This document shows positions 16,484-25,955 of a stretch of 29,549 bases of DNA, in pieces. Location of the stretch: contig JBDHDE010000032.1 of NCBI GenBank assembly GCA_039591655.1, positions 1 through 29,549 on the forward strand, written 5' to 3'. The notes beneath the pieces were generated by a model, which saw nothing but the letters and a program-made list of their open reading frames with translations, ran no database searches and was not told the origin of the DNA. A program made the translations under genes and the position numbers. This DNA is from Gemmatimonadota bacterium (GTDB lineage Bacteria > Gemmatimonadota > Gemmatimonadetes > Gemmatimonadales > GWC2-71-9). Positions within the stretch are counted from its first letter, which is position 1. Each line of letters starts with the position of its first letter.

Positions 16484-19441
16484 TCAGCCTCCCAACGCCG
16501 CGAGACGCTGCTGCGCCTCATCGACCACGTCCCGCAGCTCCGGATCGGCATCCTGCCACAGCTCGATGAAGCGCGCATAGTGCTGCGCGGCACGCTCCGG
16601 TTCGCCCAGCGACTCGTAGAGCTGGCCGAGATCGAAATGGGACCGGGCAGCGTAGGTGAGGTCGTGCACCGACACGTTCGTGAAGGAGCCGTACCACTTG
16701 ATGGCTTCCTGCAGCCTGCCGGCCTCGTGCAGCAGCCGCGCCCGCAGATAACGCTTGCGTGCCGCCGAGAAGAAGGGCGAGGCAATCGCGAGCTGGTGCC
16801 AGGCCTCCAGCCGCACCCCCTGGAGGATCTCCAATGCCTCCTCATCGCTGCCTGCCTCGAGCGCGGCGGTTGCCCGCACGCCCCGGGCAAGGTCCTCGCG
16901 CAGGGAGCCGGAGCGAGGGGGGGCTTCTATACCATCCAACTCGCCGGCAAATCGTCGTGCAACGCCGAACCGTCCCATCTGCGCATTCAGCAGTCCCAGC
17001 AGGTAAGCCCGCAATAGGGGATGCAGCCCATTGTGCACCGCAAACCACACCTGGGGCGATGCGCTGGGTGGAACGGCTGCGGCATCGAAACTCGCCAGCC
17101 GCCGCTGCTGCGCCTCAAGCTCCTCCCGCGGCACCTGCAGAAACGGGGTCGCCGAGAGCAGAGCTCGGTGCTCCATTGCGGCTGCGGGGTCAAGCCGCTC
17201 CACCTCGGCCAGCTCCTCCTGCGCCCGACTCCAACGGCCGCGGGCCAGCTCGAGGTACGCCAGCAACACGTGGCCCAGGGCGCGACTCTCCACCGACCGC
17301 GATGGAGCGGTCATGAGCCGAGCGACCGGCTCCGTGAAGGTCGGGTCGCCCAGGAATGCCGCTACGCTCCAGGCGACCTCGCCGAGCAGATTGTCGCTGG
17401 CGCGACGCAGTTCCGCCAATACCCGATCGCGGGCTGCCGAATCACCGTGGGAGAACGCCTGAAGGGTGCGCATTTCGAGCACACGGTCGCCCTCCGGAAT
17501 CAACTCGAGTACCCGACCGGCCATCGAATCCAGTCCCGCCGAATCCCCGGCACTGATGGCGACCCTCGCCAGATGTACATAGGCCGTCGGCTGATCGGGC
17601 TCGAGGGCGAGGAGGCGGTCCCAGGCCTCCCGGGACTCCTCCAGCTTGCCGCCGAGCCGGGGGCGAAAATGGAACAGCACCTCGCCCAGCTGGTGCCAGG
17701 CTTCGATCTCGCCCGGGTAGGTGCCAAGGATGGACCGATACAGCCGTTCGGCCTGCACGGCGTCACCTCGCCGTACCGTGACTAGTGCCTCCAGCAGGCG
17801 CCGGTCACGCTCCGGCAGCCGGTCCGCCAGGCGCACCGCCCGCTCGGCGGCATCCCGCGCCAGGTCGCCCAGCAAGAGCCAGTCGGCCGTCACGCTGAGC
17901 TGGTACCAGGCTAGGGCGAACGACGTATCGGCAGCGAGAGCCTCCTGGAACGCGACGGCGGCCTCCGGAAAGTGCGCCGCCCTGAACTCCCGTGCGCCTC
18001 GGAGGTACGACTTGAGGGCCGCCAGAGAGTCCGTGGTGACGAGGGCGATCCGGGTGAGCCGGCTACCCCGCAGCGCCTCCTGGCCCGCGAGGAGCTCGCC
18101 GGCGAGCTCATCCACCAGGCCCAGCACCGCTCCCGGTCCACCTTCGGCCGACGCCTGCGCCACGGGCTCGACGCCCCGGCTGCGATCGTACAGCGACGCG
18201 TCGAACCTAAGCTGCCCTCCCACCTCCACGATGTTCCCCAGCACGTAGAGCCCGGCACCCAGCCCCTCGGCGATGGCGCTCCCGCCCTCCGGGTCGGGTG
18301 GACCGGATCCCTGCCGCTGGACGACCGCCAGCACGGCTCGCGGATCCACGCTCCGCAGGGTTCCGGCCCCATCGAGCTTCACGCTCAACAAGTCGACCAT
18401 GCCGTCGCCCAGATACGCGAACTCGGTGCCGCCGCGCACCGAGAACGGCAGCACCGCGACGTGCGTCGCGGAGCCCGCCGTCCCCGTCGGTTCCCGCAGC
18501 CCAATCACCCATGCCACTGCCACGACGACACCCACTGCCAGCACTCCCAGAGCCCGACGTGCCAGCCGCGATCCCGGCGGAGCCCCCGCGGCAACGGCGC
18601 CGCTGCCGAACGGCTCTGCGCCCAGCGCGTCGGCAAACCCCCGCGCCGTCGCAAATCGATCCGCCGGCTCCCTCGCGAGTGCTCTCATGAGGACCGCATC
18701 CACAGACACTGGCACGGTGTCCCGCAGCCGCCGGACCGAGGGCACCGGATCGATCAGGCGCTTGGCAAGGATGGCGTGCGGCGTGGACCCGGTGTACGGT
18801 GCCTCACCTGCCAGCATCTCGTACAGCACGCAGCCCAGCGCATAGATGTCGCTGCGCGCATCGAGGGTGGTGTCGCTCGCCTGCTCCGGACTCATGTACG
18901 CCGGGGTACCGACGGCGAGCCCGGTCTGGGTCATCCGTTCCGTTCCGGCGGCAGACAGCGCGCGGGCGATGCCGAAGTCCGCCACGACGGCCTCGTCGTC
19001 GTGGAGCAGGATGTTCTCCGGCTTGATGTCCCGGTGGATGATGCCGTTGCGGTGGGCGTGGTCCAGCGCCACCGCAACGTCCCGTGCAATCCGGAGCGCA
19101 TCCTCGACTCTCAGGGGCCCCTCGCGCTCGAGCCGGTCACGCAGGCTCTCCCCTTCGACGAACGGCATCACATAGTACAGCACCCCGGACGCCTCTCCGG
19201 AGTCGAGCAGCGGGAGAATGTGGGGGTTGGACAGCTTGGCGGTGACCTTGATCTCCTGCAGGAAGCGCTGCGCTCCCAGCGTCGCCGCCAGGTCGTGGCG
19301 GAGGACCTTGATGGCGACCTGGCGGTCGTGCTTGAGATCGCGCGCCAAATACACGGTGGCCATGCCGCCGCTGCCGACTTCTCGGTCGACGGCGTAGCGG
19401 TCGGCGAGGGCTAATCTGACGCGGTCCAGCTGCTCGGGCAC
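16484..19441 (-). CDS. Hanks-type Ser/Thr protein kinase with TM, TolB-N-like and TPR regions
   Basis: GSGGMATVY, VAIK, HRDIKPEN, DFG, GTPAYMSPE; TM helix; VAVLPF; helical repeats. Confidence 0.95.
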   Translation of the reverse strand: MPEQLDRVRLALADRYAVDREVGSGGMATVYLARDLKHDRQVAIKVLRHDLAATLGAQRFLQEIKVTAKLSNPHILPLLDSGEASGVLYYVMPFVEGESLRDRLEREGPLRVEDALRIARDVAVALDHAHRNGIIHRDIKPENILLHDDEAVVADFGIARALSAAGTERMTQTGLAVGTPAYMSPEQASDTTLDARSDIYALGCVLYEMLAGEAPYTGSTPHAILAKRLIDPVPSVRRLRDTVPVSVDAVLMRALAREPADRFATARGFADALGAEPFGSGAVAAGAPPGSRLARRALGVLAVGVVVAVAWVIGLREPTGTAGSATHVAVLPFSVRGGTEFAYLGDGMVDLLSVKLDGAGTLRSVDPRAVLAVVQRQGSGPPDPEGGSAIAEGLGAGLYVLGNIVEVGGQLRFDASLYDRSRGVEPVAQASAEGGPGAVLGLVDELAGELLAGQEALRGSRLTRIALVTTDSLAALKSYLRGAREFRAAHFPEAAVAFQEALAADTSFALAWYQLSVTADWLLLGDLARDAAERAVRLADRLPERDRRLLEALVTVRRGDAVQAERLYRSILGTYPGEIEAWHQLGEVLFHFRPRLGGKLEESREAWDRLLALEPDQPTAYVHLARVAISAGDSAGLDSMAGRVLELIPEGDRVLEMRTLQAFSHGDSAARDRVLAELRRASDNLLGEVAWSVAAFLGDPTFTEPVARLMTAPSRSVESRALGHVLLAYLELARGRWSRAQEELAEVERLDPAAAMEHRALLSATPFLQVPREELEAQQRRLASFDAAAVPPSASPQVWFAVHNGLHPLLRAYLLGLLNAQMGRFGVARRFAGELDGIEAPPRSGSLREDLARGVRATAALEAGSDEEALEILQGVRLEAWHQLAIASPFFSAARKRYLRARLLHEAGRLQEAIKWYGSFTNVSVHDLTYAARSHFDLGQLYESLGEPERAAQHYARFIELWQDADPELRDVVDEAQQRLAALGG

Positions 19442-19564
19442 TAAGTCCAGCTCCGGGAGGAGACCTGGGGTTGAAGGTTAGGGGGGGCGGGCGCGCCGCG
19501 CCACCCACGCATCGGCACCAGAGCAGGGAGGGGAACGGCCACTCAGGACGCCGGAGAAGACACG

Positions 19565-19584
19565 GCCGCTCGGGAAAGAGCGGC
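19565..19584 (-). terminator. Hairpin after the small ORF
   Basis: GCCGCTC-N6-GAGCGGC just downstream of the stop at 19590. Confidence 0.45.
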
Positions 19585-19589
19585 GCTCC

Positions 19590-19931
19590 CTAGCGCTCGT
19601 CCGCCTCCCCCCCGAGCTTGAGGTCGATCAGCTCCTTCGTGCACTCCCAGGTGGACATCCGGCGCACCTTGGCCTCGGCAACACCGGCGGCGATTCCGGC
19701 CGTCACGTCCTCCACGACGCCCGCGACCTCCTCGGCGACGGCCTCGGCCTCGTCGCTGTAGGCGCTCGCCTGCTCGAGGGCCTGCTCCTCGACCTCCCTG
19801 GCCTGCCGCTCCACCCGCTCCACGTACTCCTTCTTGAGCATGCCGCAGGGACTCACCGTGCGGTAGCGGACCACCGGGACGGTGAAGAGCACGATCAGTG
19901 CGAACGCGACGATCTTGAGGAAGATTCTCAT
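19590..19931 (-). CDS. Hypothetical membrane-anchored protein with two Cys and a helical acidic core
   Basis: GAGGTG precedes ATG; N-terminal hydrophobic stretch; GC-rich third positions. Confidence 0.75.
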   Translation of the reverse strand: MRIFLKIVAFALIVLFTVPVVRYRTVSPCGMLKKEYVERVERQAREVEEQALEQASAYSDEAEAVAEEVAGVVEDVTAGIAAGVAEAKVRRMSTWECTKELIDLKLGGEADER

Positions 19932-19984
19932 AGGGTCACCTCACTGACCCTACGAACGGGACGGGCGGGGGGATTCACGGCTCG

Positions 19985-20050
19985 ACCCTCGGCCAGACAG
20001 ACAGTGGCCATGCCGCCGCGGCCCAGCCAGCCCTCGAGATGGCAGCGGGC
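19985..20050 (-). pseudogene. Decayed fragment of a Ser/Thr kinase N-terminus
   Basis: Reads ARCHLEGWLGRGGMATVCLAEG; the 16-nt sequence GTGGCCATGCCGCCGC at 20004-20019 is identical to 19356-19371. Confidence 0.65.
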
Positions 20051-20058
20051 CCGGGGAC

Positions 20059-20086
20059 TTGAACCTCCCACGCCGGCCGCTACTAT
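20059..20086 (+). promoter_or_regulatory. Sigma70-type promoter for the GH36 gene
   Basis: TTGAAC-N16-TACTAT. Confidence 0.55.
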
Positions 20087-20134
20087 CGCGATGTGGCTGC
20101 GCCACCGTACCTCACTTCTCTCAGGCTGCGACCC

Positions 20135-22018
20135 ATGCCGTATATCCCATCCCTCGCAAGACGTTGGGCACCTGCACTGGTCGCGTTGGCGTCCCTCACG
20201 GTGGCGCTCTGCGCGACACCGAACCTGGCTGCGCAGGCCGCCCCCCAGCACTTCGTCGGTCCCCCGCTCGATGTGCGCCTCGACCAGATCGAAGTCACCG
20301 GCGAGCTCGGGAGCTTCACGGCCTCGCTCGACGCAGACGAGGTGGAGCCGGGAGTCCACATCGTCCAGGTCCAAATCGAAGCACCGACCCCGGAGGAACC
20401 CCCGGAGTTCGCCGTGCGGTGGGACCTCCCGTCTGTGGACGTCGCCGGCTTCTGGAACACCAACCTCAGCAACGACAAGGTCAACTACTATCGGAACCGT
20501 GTCCGATCACGTGCATCGAGCGGAGCGCCAGTTATCGCGCTGTACAACAGCGCGGACATCAACCGGATCACCGTCGCCGCTTCGGACGCCCTCAACCCGG
20601 TGGACCTCAGGGCATATCTCCGGGAGGAGGATTCACGGTTCTACTTCACGCTGGCTTTCCTGAGCGAGCGGAGTCCAGCCACGACGGCATACGAGGTGTC
20701 CATTCGTATCGATACGCGCAGCGTACCCTACTACCAAGCCTTGGCGGGCGTGGCCGATTGGTGGGCATCGCAGCCGCAGCACACGCCAGCGCCGGTTCCC
20801 GCTGCGGCGAGGGTCCCCATGTACTCCACCTGGTACAGCTTCCACCAGAACCTCGACGTAGAGGAGGTCCTGGCGGAGCTGCGGATCGCCGCCGACCTGG
20901 GTTATGAGGCCGTCATCGTGGACGACGGCTGGCAGACGCTAGACAGCCAGCGCGGCTACCGCTTCGCGGGTGACTGGGAGCCGGAGCGAATCCCCGACAT
21001 GCGGGGGTTCATCGACAGCGTCCACGAGCTCGGCATGAAGTTCCTGCTGTGGTACTCGGTTCCACTGGTCGGCGAGGAAGCCGAGAACTACCAGCACTTC
21101 CAGGGGATGTACCTGCGGCACTGGGAGAGCCAGGGTGCCTACGTGCTGGATCCGCGGTATCCGACCGTGCGGGAGTCCATCATCAATACCTACATCACGG
21201 CGATGGAGGAGTGGGGTCTCGACGGCTTCAAGCTGGACTTCATCGGCTTTTTCGCCGCCACCGACGAGACAGTTCTCGAGGCAAGCGACGGCCGAGACTA
21301 CGCCTCAGTCAATGAAGCAGTAGACCGATTGATGACCGACGTCATGGCGCAGCTGCGTGCCAGAAATCCAGAAGTGCTGATCGAGTTCCGACAGCCGTAC
21401 ATCGGTCCGCTGATGCGGAAGTACGGTAACATGTTCCGCGGGGTCGACGCCCCCAACAACGCCGTGGCGAACCGCGCCGAGGTCACCGACATCCGCCTCC
21501 TCGGCGGCAACACCGCGCCGCACTCCGACATGTTCATGTGGCACGAGGAGGACCCGGTGGAATCGGCGGCCCTCCAGTTTCTCAACGTGCTGTTCGCCGT
21601 GCCGCAGCTGTCGGTGAGGCTCACCCAGCTTCCCGGGGACCACGTCGAGATGGTCGGCTTCTGGACCCGCTACTGGACCGAGAACCGCGCTGTCCTGATG
21701 GACGGCGAGTTCGTGCCGGTGAACCCCGGCGCCGTGTACCCCGTGATTCGGGCCTCCAGCGACGACAAAGCGATCGTCGGAGTGTACGGGGAGGCGCTCG
21801 CGACCCTCGACGACCGGCCCTACACGACCATCGACCTCGTGAACGCAAAGAGCACCGGCACCGTCGCCATCGACATGCCAGCCGACCTGGGACCGGCCGA
21901 GGTGACGATCTACGATGCGCGGGGAAGGGTCGTGGATCGCCAGTCGCGGTTTATCGACGCCGGCCTGCACCGCTTCGAAGCTCCCGCATCTGGGTTGGTG
22001 AGCATCAGCATGGAATGA
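20135..22018 (+). CDS. Exported glycoside hydrolase family 36 (alpha-galactosidase-like)
   Basis: YSTWYS, IVDDGWQ, GMKFLLW, DGFKLDF (nucleophile), FRGVD; signal peptide. Start uncertain (GTG 20093 possible). Confidence 0.88.
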   Translation: MPYIPSLARRWAPALVALASLTVALCATPNLAAQAAPQHFVGPPLDVRLDQIEVTGELGSFTASLDADEVEPGVHIVQVQIEAPTPEEPPEFAVRWDLPSVDVAGFWNTNLSNDKVNYYRNRVRSRASSGAPVIALYNSADINRITVAASDALNPVDLRAYLREEDSRFYFTLAFLSERSPATTAYEVSIRIDTRSVPYYQALAGVADWWASQPQHTPAPVPAAARVPMYSTWYSFHQNLDVEEVLAELRIAADLGYEAVIVDDGWQTLDSQRGYRFAGDWEPERIPDMRGFIDSVHELGMKFLLWYSVPLVGEEAENYQHFQGMYLRHWESQGAYVLDPRYPTVRESIINTYITAMEEWGLDGFKLDFIGFFAATDETVLEASDGRDYASVNEAVDRLMTDVMAQLRARNPEVLIEFRQPYIGPLMRKYGNMFRGVDAPNNAVANRAEVTDIRLLGGNTAPHSDMFMWHEEDPVESAALQFLNVLFAVPQLSVRLTQLPGDHVEMVGFWTRYWTENRAVLMDGEFVPVNPGAVYPVIRASSDDKAIVGVYGEALATLDDRPYTTIDLVNAKSTGTVAIDMPADLGPAEVTIYDARGRVVDRQSRFIDAGLHRFEAPASGLVSISME

Positions 22019-22045
22019 CACCGGGGTGCAGAGGAGGGGACGTCG

Positions 22046-22054
22046 TGGTATTGT
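22046..22054 (+). promoter_or_regulatory. Possible extended -10 promoter
   Basis: TG-G-TATTGT upstream of the acyl-CoA dehydrogenase. Confidence 0.35.
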
Positions 22055-22110
22055 TCCACCGCCGGAGGCCGTTTCTTGCCAGAACTCCAACATCGAAGAC
22101 GAGTCAAGCC

Positions 22111-23277
22111 ATGATCAAAGAGCTCTACACCCCCGAGCAGATCGAACTACGGGAGCGCGCGCGGAACCTGGCCGAGAAGGTCATGCGCCCCGTTGCCGCC
22201 AAATACGACGTCGAGCAGGAGTACCCGTGGGAGGTCCAGAAGGCCATCAGGGAGGCTGGTCTCTCCGGCGCGTGGATTCCAAAGGACTACGGCGGCCTCG
22301 GGGGCGGCGTGCTCGATCTCTGCATAATCGTGGAGGAGTTCTCCCGGGCCTGCGGCGGGATGGGCGTCGGGTTCGCCGTGAACGCCCTGGGCTCGTTCCC
22401 CATCATCATCGGGGGCACCGACGAGCAGAAGGAGCGCTGGCTCCCGGGCATCGCCGCGGGTGAGAAGCTCATCGCATTCGGTTTGTCGGAGGCAAAGGCC
22501 GGGTCCGACGCGGCATCCATGAGGACCCGCGGCGAGAAGGACGGTGACCACTACATCCTCCAGGGTGAGAAGAAGTGGAACACCGGCGGCGCCGTGGCGG
22601 CGTACAACACCATCTTCGCCGTCACCAACCCCGATCGGGGGGCTCGGGGCATCTCGGGGTTCGTGGTCGAGGAGGGCACCCCCGGCTACCGCGTGGGCAA
22701 GCACGAGGACAAGATGGGGATCCGCTGCGTTCCAGTGGTGGAGATCCACCTGGAGGACTGCCGCGTGCCCGCTGAGAACCTGCTGGGTGGCCGTGAGGGC
22801 CAGGGCTTCAAGCACGCCATGATCACACTGGATCGGGCACGCCCGGGGGTCGCAGCGCAGGCCGTGGGTCTGGCCCAGGGGGCGCTGGACCTGGCGATGC
22901 AGTATACCCACGAGCGCCAGCAGTTTGGCCAGTCCGTGAACTCATTCCAGGGAGTGCAGTGGATGTTCGCGGACATGGCCACGCAAGTCGAGGCCGCCCG
23001 GCAGCTCGTGCACCACGCCGCCCGGGTCATCGACTCGGGGCACAAGCAGATCACCAAGGTCTCGGCGATGTGCAAGCTGATGGCCACCGACGTCGCGATG
23101 CGGGTGACCACCGACTGCGTCCAGCTGTTCGGGGGCTACGGCTACTGCAAGGACTACCCCATCGAGAAGTACATGAGGGACGCTAAGATCACGCAGATCT
23201 ACGAGGGCACGAACCAGATCCAGCGCCTGGTGATAGCGCGGAACCTGCTGCGGGAGGCTGCGGGAGCGGCGAGCTAG
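22111..23277 (+). CDS. Acyl-CoA dehydrogenase (short/branched-chain type)
   Basis: FGLSEAKAGSDA, KMGIR, RQQFG, QLFGGYGY, IYEGTNQIQR; start set at ATG 22111. Confidence 0.95.
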   Translation: MIKELYTPEQIELRERARNLAEKVMRPVAAKYDVEQEYPWEVQKAIREAGLSGAWIPKDYGGLGGGVLDLCIIVEEFSRACGGMGVGFAVNALGSFPIIIGGTDEQKERWLPGIAAGEKLIAFGLSEAKAGSDAASMRTRGEKDGDHYILQGEKKWNTGGAVAAYNTIFAVTNPDRGARGISGFVVEEGTPGYRVGKHEDKMGIRCVPVVEIHLEDCRVPAENLLGGREGQGFKHAMITLDRARPGVAAQAVGLAQGALDLAMQYTHERQQFGQSVNSFQGVQWMFADMATQVEAARQLVHHAARVIDSGHKQITKVSAMCKLMATDVAMRVTTDCVQLFGGYGYCKDYPIEKYMRDAKITQIYEGTNQIQRLVIARNLLREAAGAAS

Positions 23278-23332
23278 AAGAGCCGGGCCGACCCAGGCGG
23301 CGGAAGCTGGGGGGTCTTCCCTTGAGCCGGCG

Positions 23333-23360
23333 GCCGACCCGCGCTCTCGCGCGGGTCGGT
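23333..23360. terminator. Hairpin between convergent genes
   Basis: GCCGACCCGCGC-N4-GCGCGGGTCGGT. Confidence 0.6.
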
Positions 23361-23373
23361 CCCGACGCTCAAG

Positions 23374-23973
23374 CTACATTCCCTCCCTCTGGTACGTCAT
23401 CTCCGCCGTCTTCCACTCGCTACCGTCCGGATTCACGATGTACATCTCGTAGCGCTCCTCCGTGTCGCTAACGGCGGTCGTCACGCCCTTCATCTTCATC
23501 GCTTCCTTCGTCACGGGATCCTGGTACTCCCCCCACCAGACCAGCTTGCCCTCATCGTCGAGGTTCCCCGTCATGACGAAGAGGCCGGTGCTCATGTTGT
23601 CGAGCCAGGTCGTCACGTACTGCTCGGTGGTGTTGTCGTAGCCGGTGATCCCCATGCCGGTGAAGGGCTGCTCATACATCTCGCCCTCGACCTCTTCCAC
23701 CAGGTACCGGCCGTCCATGATCATCTTCCGCATCACCGCACTGGTGGAGACCTGCGGCGGCGCATCGGGATCCTGCCACCACTTGGCGGTCAGGGTGTAG
23801 CTGCCGGCCATCGCCGCCAGCTTTTCATGGGCCGGCCCTGGCGTGGCCGCCGCCTGGTATGCGGCCATCATCTCCGCCATGGCCTCGTTCGGCTCCTGCG
23901 CTGCGGTCGAGCCGGCCAGGCCAATCGAGCCGACGAAGGCGGCGGCCAGCGCAGCAATGTAGGGGCGCTTCAT
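23374..23973 (-). CDS. DUF1579 family exported protein
   Basis: Signal peptide; ATPGPAHEKL, MDGRYL, PFTGMGITGYDN, WLDNMSTG. Confidence 0.88.
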   Translation of the reverse strand: MKRPYIAALAAAFVGSIGLAGSTAAQEPNEAMAEMMAAYQAAATPGPAHEKLAAMAGSYTLTAKWWQDPDAPPQVSTSAVMRKMIMDGRYLVEEVEGEMYEQPFTGMGITGYDNTTEQYVTTWLDNMSTGLFVMTGNLDDEGKLVWWGEYQDPVTKEAMKMKGVTTAVSDTEERYEMYIVNPDGSEWKTAEMTYQREGM

Positions 23974-24247
23974 GGAAACCTCACGGTGACTGTGGACAGA
24001 TCGGACGCCCTTTCGGGGCAGTGTCGAGCAACCCTAAAGTTGCGGGTCCGGAACGGATCCCGCCAGGCCACCCGCCCGCTATTTCACGGCCCTTCGGCGG
24101 GCGGCGATGACGTCACCTGGTGGGGCTACGCGCAGCTCGTTCTGCGCTGGCCCTGGGAGCGGGCCCCGCCACGGGCTCTACAGTCGATCACTCAGCAAAC
24201 GGGCCTCCACAGTGTGGAGGCCCGTCGTTACTCGCCCACCCCTTCAG

Positions 24248-25678
24248 CTACGCCGTCGCACGTGGCGGAATGTTCTGGTTGAGCCTGAAGAAGTTCTCCG
24301 GATCGTACTTGGTCTTCAATGCCACCAGCCGCTGGTAGTTCGTGCCGTACGCCGCCGCCACCCGCTCTTCCTCATCCTCAGGCATAAAATTCACGTACAC
24401 ACCGCCGGTGGCGAAGGGCGCCGAGCGATCGAAGAACTCCCGCGCCCACGAGACGCACCTGTCATCGTCCGCCGGATCGTCCCATCGCGTGTGGACGTTG
24501 AGCACGAACTCTGCATCCCGGTGCGTGTAGGCCGTCGCCTCGGCGGGCACGCGACTCACTGCACCACCCAGGTGCGCGATGAAGATCTCGCACTGCGGCG
24601 TGGGTAGCTTGCCGGCGTACTCGACGAAGACGTCGAACGCCCCGTCGCTCAGCTCCGCGAAGTCGTGCGACTTCCAGTAGTTGCGCGACCCGGGCGTGAG
24701 CAGCGGATCGAAGGCACTCTCAAAGTCGATGAAAGCGCTCGGCGCGATGACGTCGGCGATGGGATTGCCGATCTTGCGAAGCCCCTCCATGGCACGCTCG
24801 CCGTCTGCGACGTCCCCGGCGTACAAGGCTGCGATCACCAGGACCTCGGTGCCGTGGACCTCCTCCGGAAGGAACGGGAGCGGAGGCGCCTTCCGCAGCA
24901 CCACCCAGGCCGCGAGCTCGTCGGGGACAGACGCCACGAACTTTCGATACGCGCGCAGCACCTCGGCGGCGTCCCGGAACGGGTGAACGATCAGCCCTGC
25001 CATCACCTCGGGTCCCACAGAGTGCAGCCCGAACTCGAACGAGGTGACGATGCCGAAGTTGCCCCCGCCGCCGCGAATGCCCCAGAAGAGATCGGCGTTC
25101 TCACTCTCGCTGGCCTTGACCCGCTCACCAGTCGCGGTCACCACATCGGCGGAGATCAGGTTGTCGATGGTCAGGCCGTGCTTGCGGCTGAGCCAGCCGA
25201 ACCCACCACCGAGGGTGAGCCCCGCTATTCCCGTGGTCGAGTTGATTCCCACGGGCAACGCGAGCCCATGGGCCTGGGTCGCCGCGTCGACGTCGCCCAG
25301 GGTGGCGCCCGGCTGTGCCCGGGCCGTGCGGCCGGCTGGGTCGACCTCCACTGCGTTCATCCCCTGCAGGTCGATCATCAGCGCGCCGTCGCTCACCGCG
25401 TTCCCCGCGATGTTGTGGCCGGCTCCGCGCACGGAGACGAGCAGGTCCCCCTCCCTCGCGAACTGCACCGCCTGGACGACGTCGTCCGCGTCCGCGCAGC
25501 GCGCGATGAGGCCGGGCCGGCGGTCGATCATGGCGTTCCAGATGGCCCGCCTCTCGTCGTAGCTCGCGGATTCCGGGGTCACCAGCTCCCCTCGAAAATC
25601 GGCTGCGAGCCCCGCCATTACCTCATCCGAGATGACCGCCTCCCCGCCGTCGATCTTACGCATTCTCAGAGCTGCCAT
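24248..25678 (-). CDS. FAD-linked oxidoreductase, BBE/6-hydroxy-D-nicotine oxidase-like
   Basis: RGAGHN (covalent-FAD His), GLTLGGGFG, DLFWGIRGGGGNFGIVT, YVNF, KYDPENFF; GGAGGAG precedes ATG. Confidence 0.93.
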   Translation of the reverse strand: MAALRMRKIDGGEAVISDEVMAGLAADFRGELVTPESASYDERRAIWNAMIDRRPGLIARCADADDVVQAVQFAREGDLLVSVRGAGHNIAGNAVSDGALMIDLQGMNAVEVDPAGRTARAQPGATLGDVDAATQAHGLALPVGINSTTGIAGLTLGGGFGWLSRKHGLTIDNLISADVVTATGERVKASESENADLFWGIRGGGGNFGIVTSFEFGLHSVGPEVMAGLIVHPFRDAAEVLRAYRKFVASVPDELAAWVVLRKAPPLPFLPEEVHGTEVLVIAALYAGDVADGERAMEGLRKIGNPIADVIAPSAFIDFESAFDPLLTPGSRNYWKSHDFAELSDGAFDVFVEYAGKLPTPQCEIFIAHLGGAVSRVPAEATAYTHRDAEFVLNVHTRWDDPADDDRCVSWAREFFDRSAPFATGGVYVNFMPEDEEERVAAAYGTNYQRLVALKTKYDPENFFRLNQNIPPRATA

Positions 25679-25826
25679 GGCTCCTCCACCTGGGTTTGGG
25701 CGACATGATGGTTCCTAATCTTCCACTGCGCAGCGGGGCCCGGAAACCGGACACGGCGGTCTGGCCGGCCCTCCAGCTCGGCCCTGAACCTGAGGCACCC
25801 GGCCGCGCGGGCAGCTATGGCCTATC

Positions 25827-25955
25827 GTGGCAGGGGATCTTCGAAGCGACTCACTGACGGCGTTCGACGCGGCGTTCCGCGCCACGTACCTGGTGCGGCA
25901 GGGGGTGGTGGTCGCGATCAAGGACGCGGAGGAGGGCTCACTCCCCCTCGAGTAG
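25827..25955 (+). pseudogene. Short ORF or 3'-end relic of an unknown gene
   Basis: LTAFDAAFRATYLVRQGVVVAIKDAEEG: every codon from 25854 to 25937 ends in G/C; TAG at 25953 overlaps the ppk2 3' end. Confidence 0.4.

Noticed and set aside
12526..19414. Long plus-strand ORFs opposite the ALDH, S46 and kinase genes
   Set aside because: Antisense shadows without independent coding evidence.
20040..20112. tRNA-like motifs on the minus strand (GTGGCGCAG, GGTTCAAGTCC, terminal CCA)
   Set aside because: Acceptor, anticodon and T stems do not pair; the sequence is better explained by the plus-strand TTGAAC/TACTAT promoter and the kinase relic.
21538..22110. N-terminal extension of the acyl-CoA dehydrogenase ORF
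   Set aside because: Overlaps GH36 out of frame and is low-complexity Arg/Pro; the family domain starts at ATG 22111.
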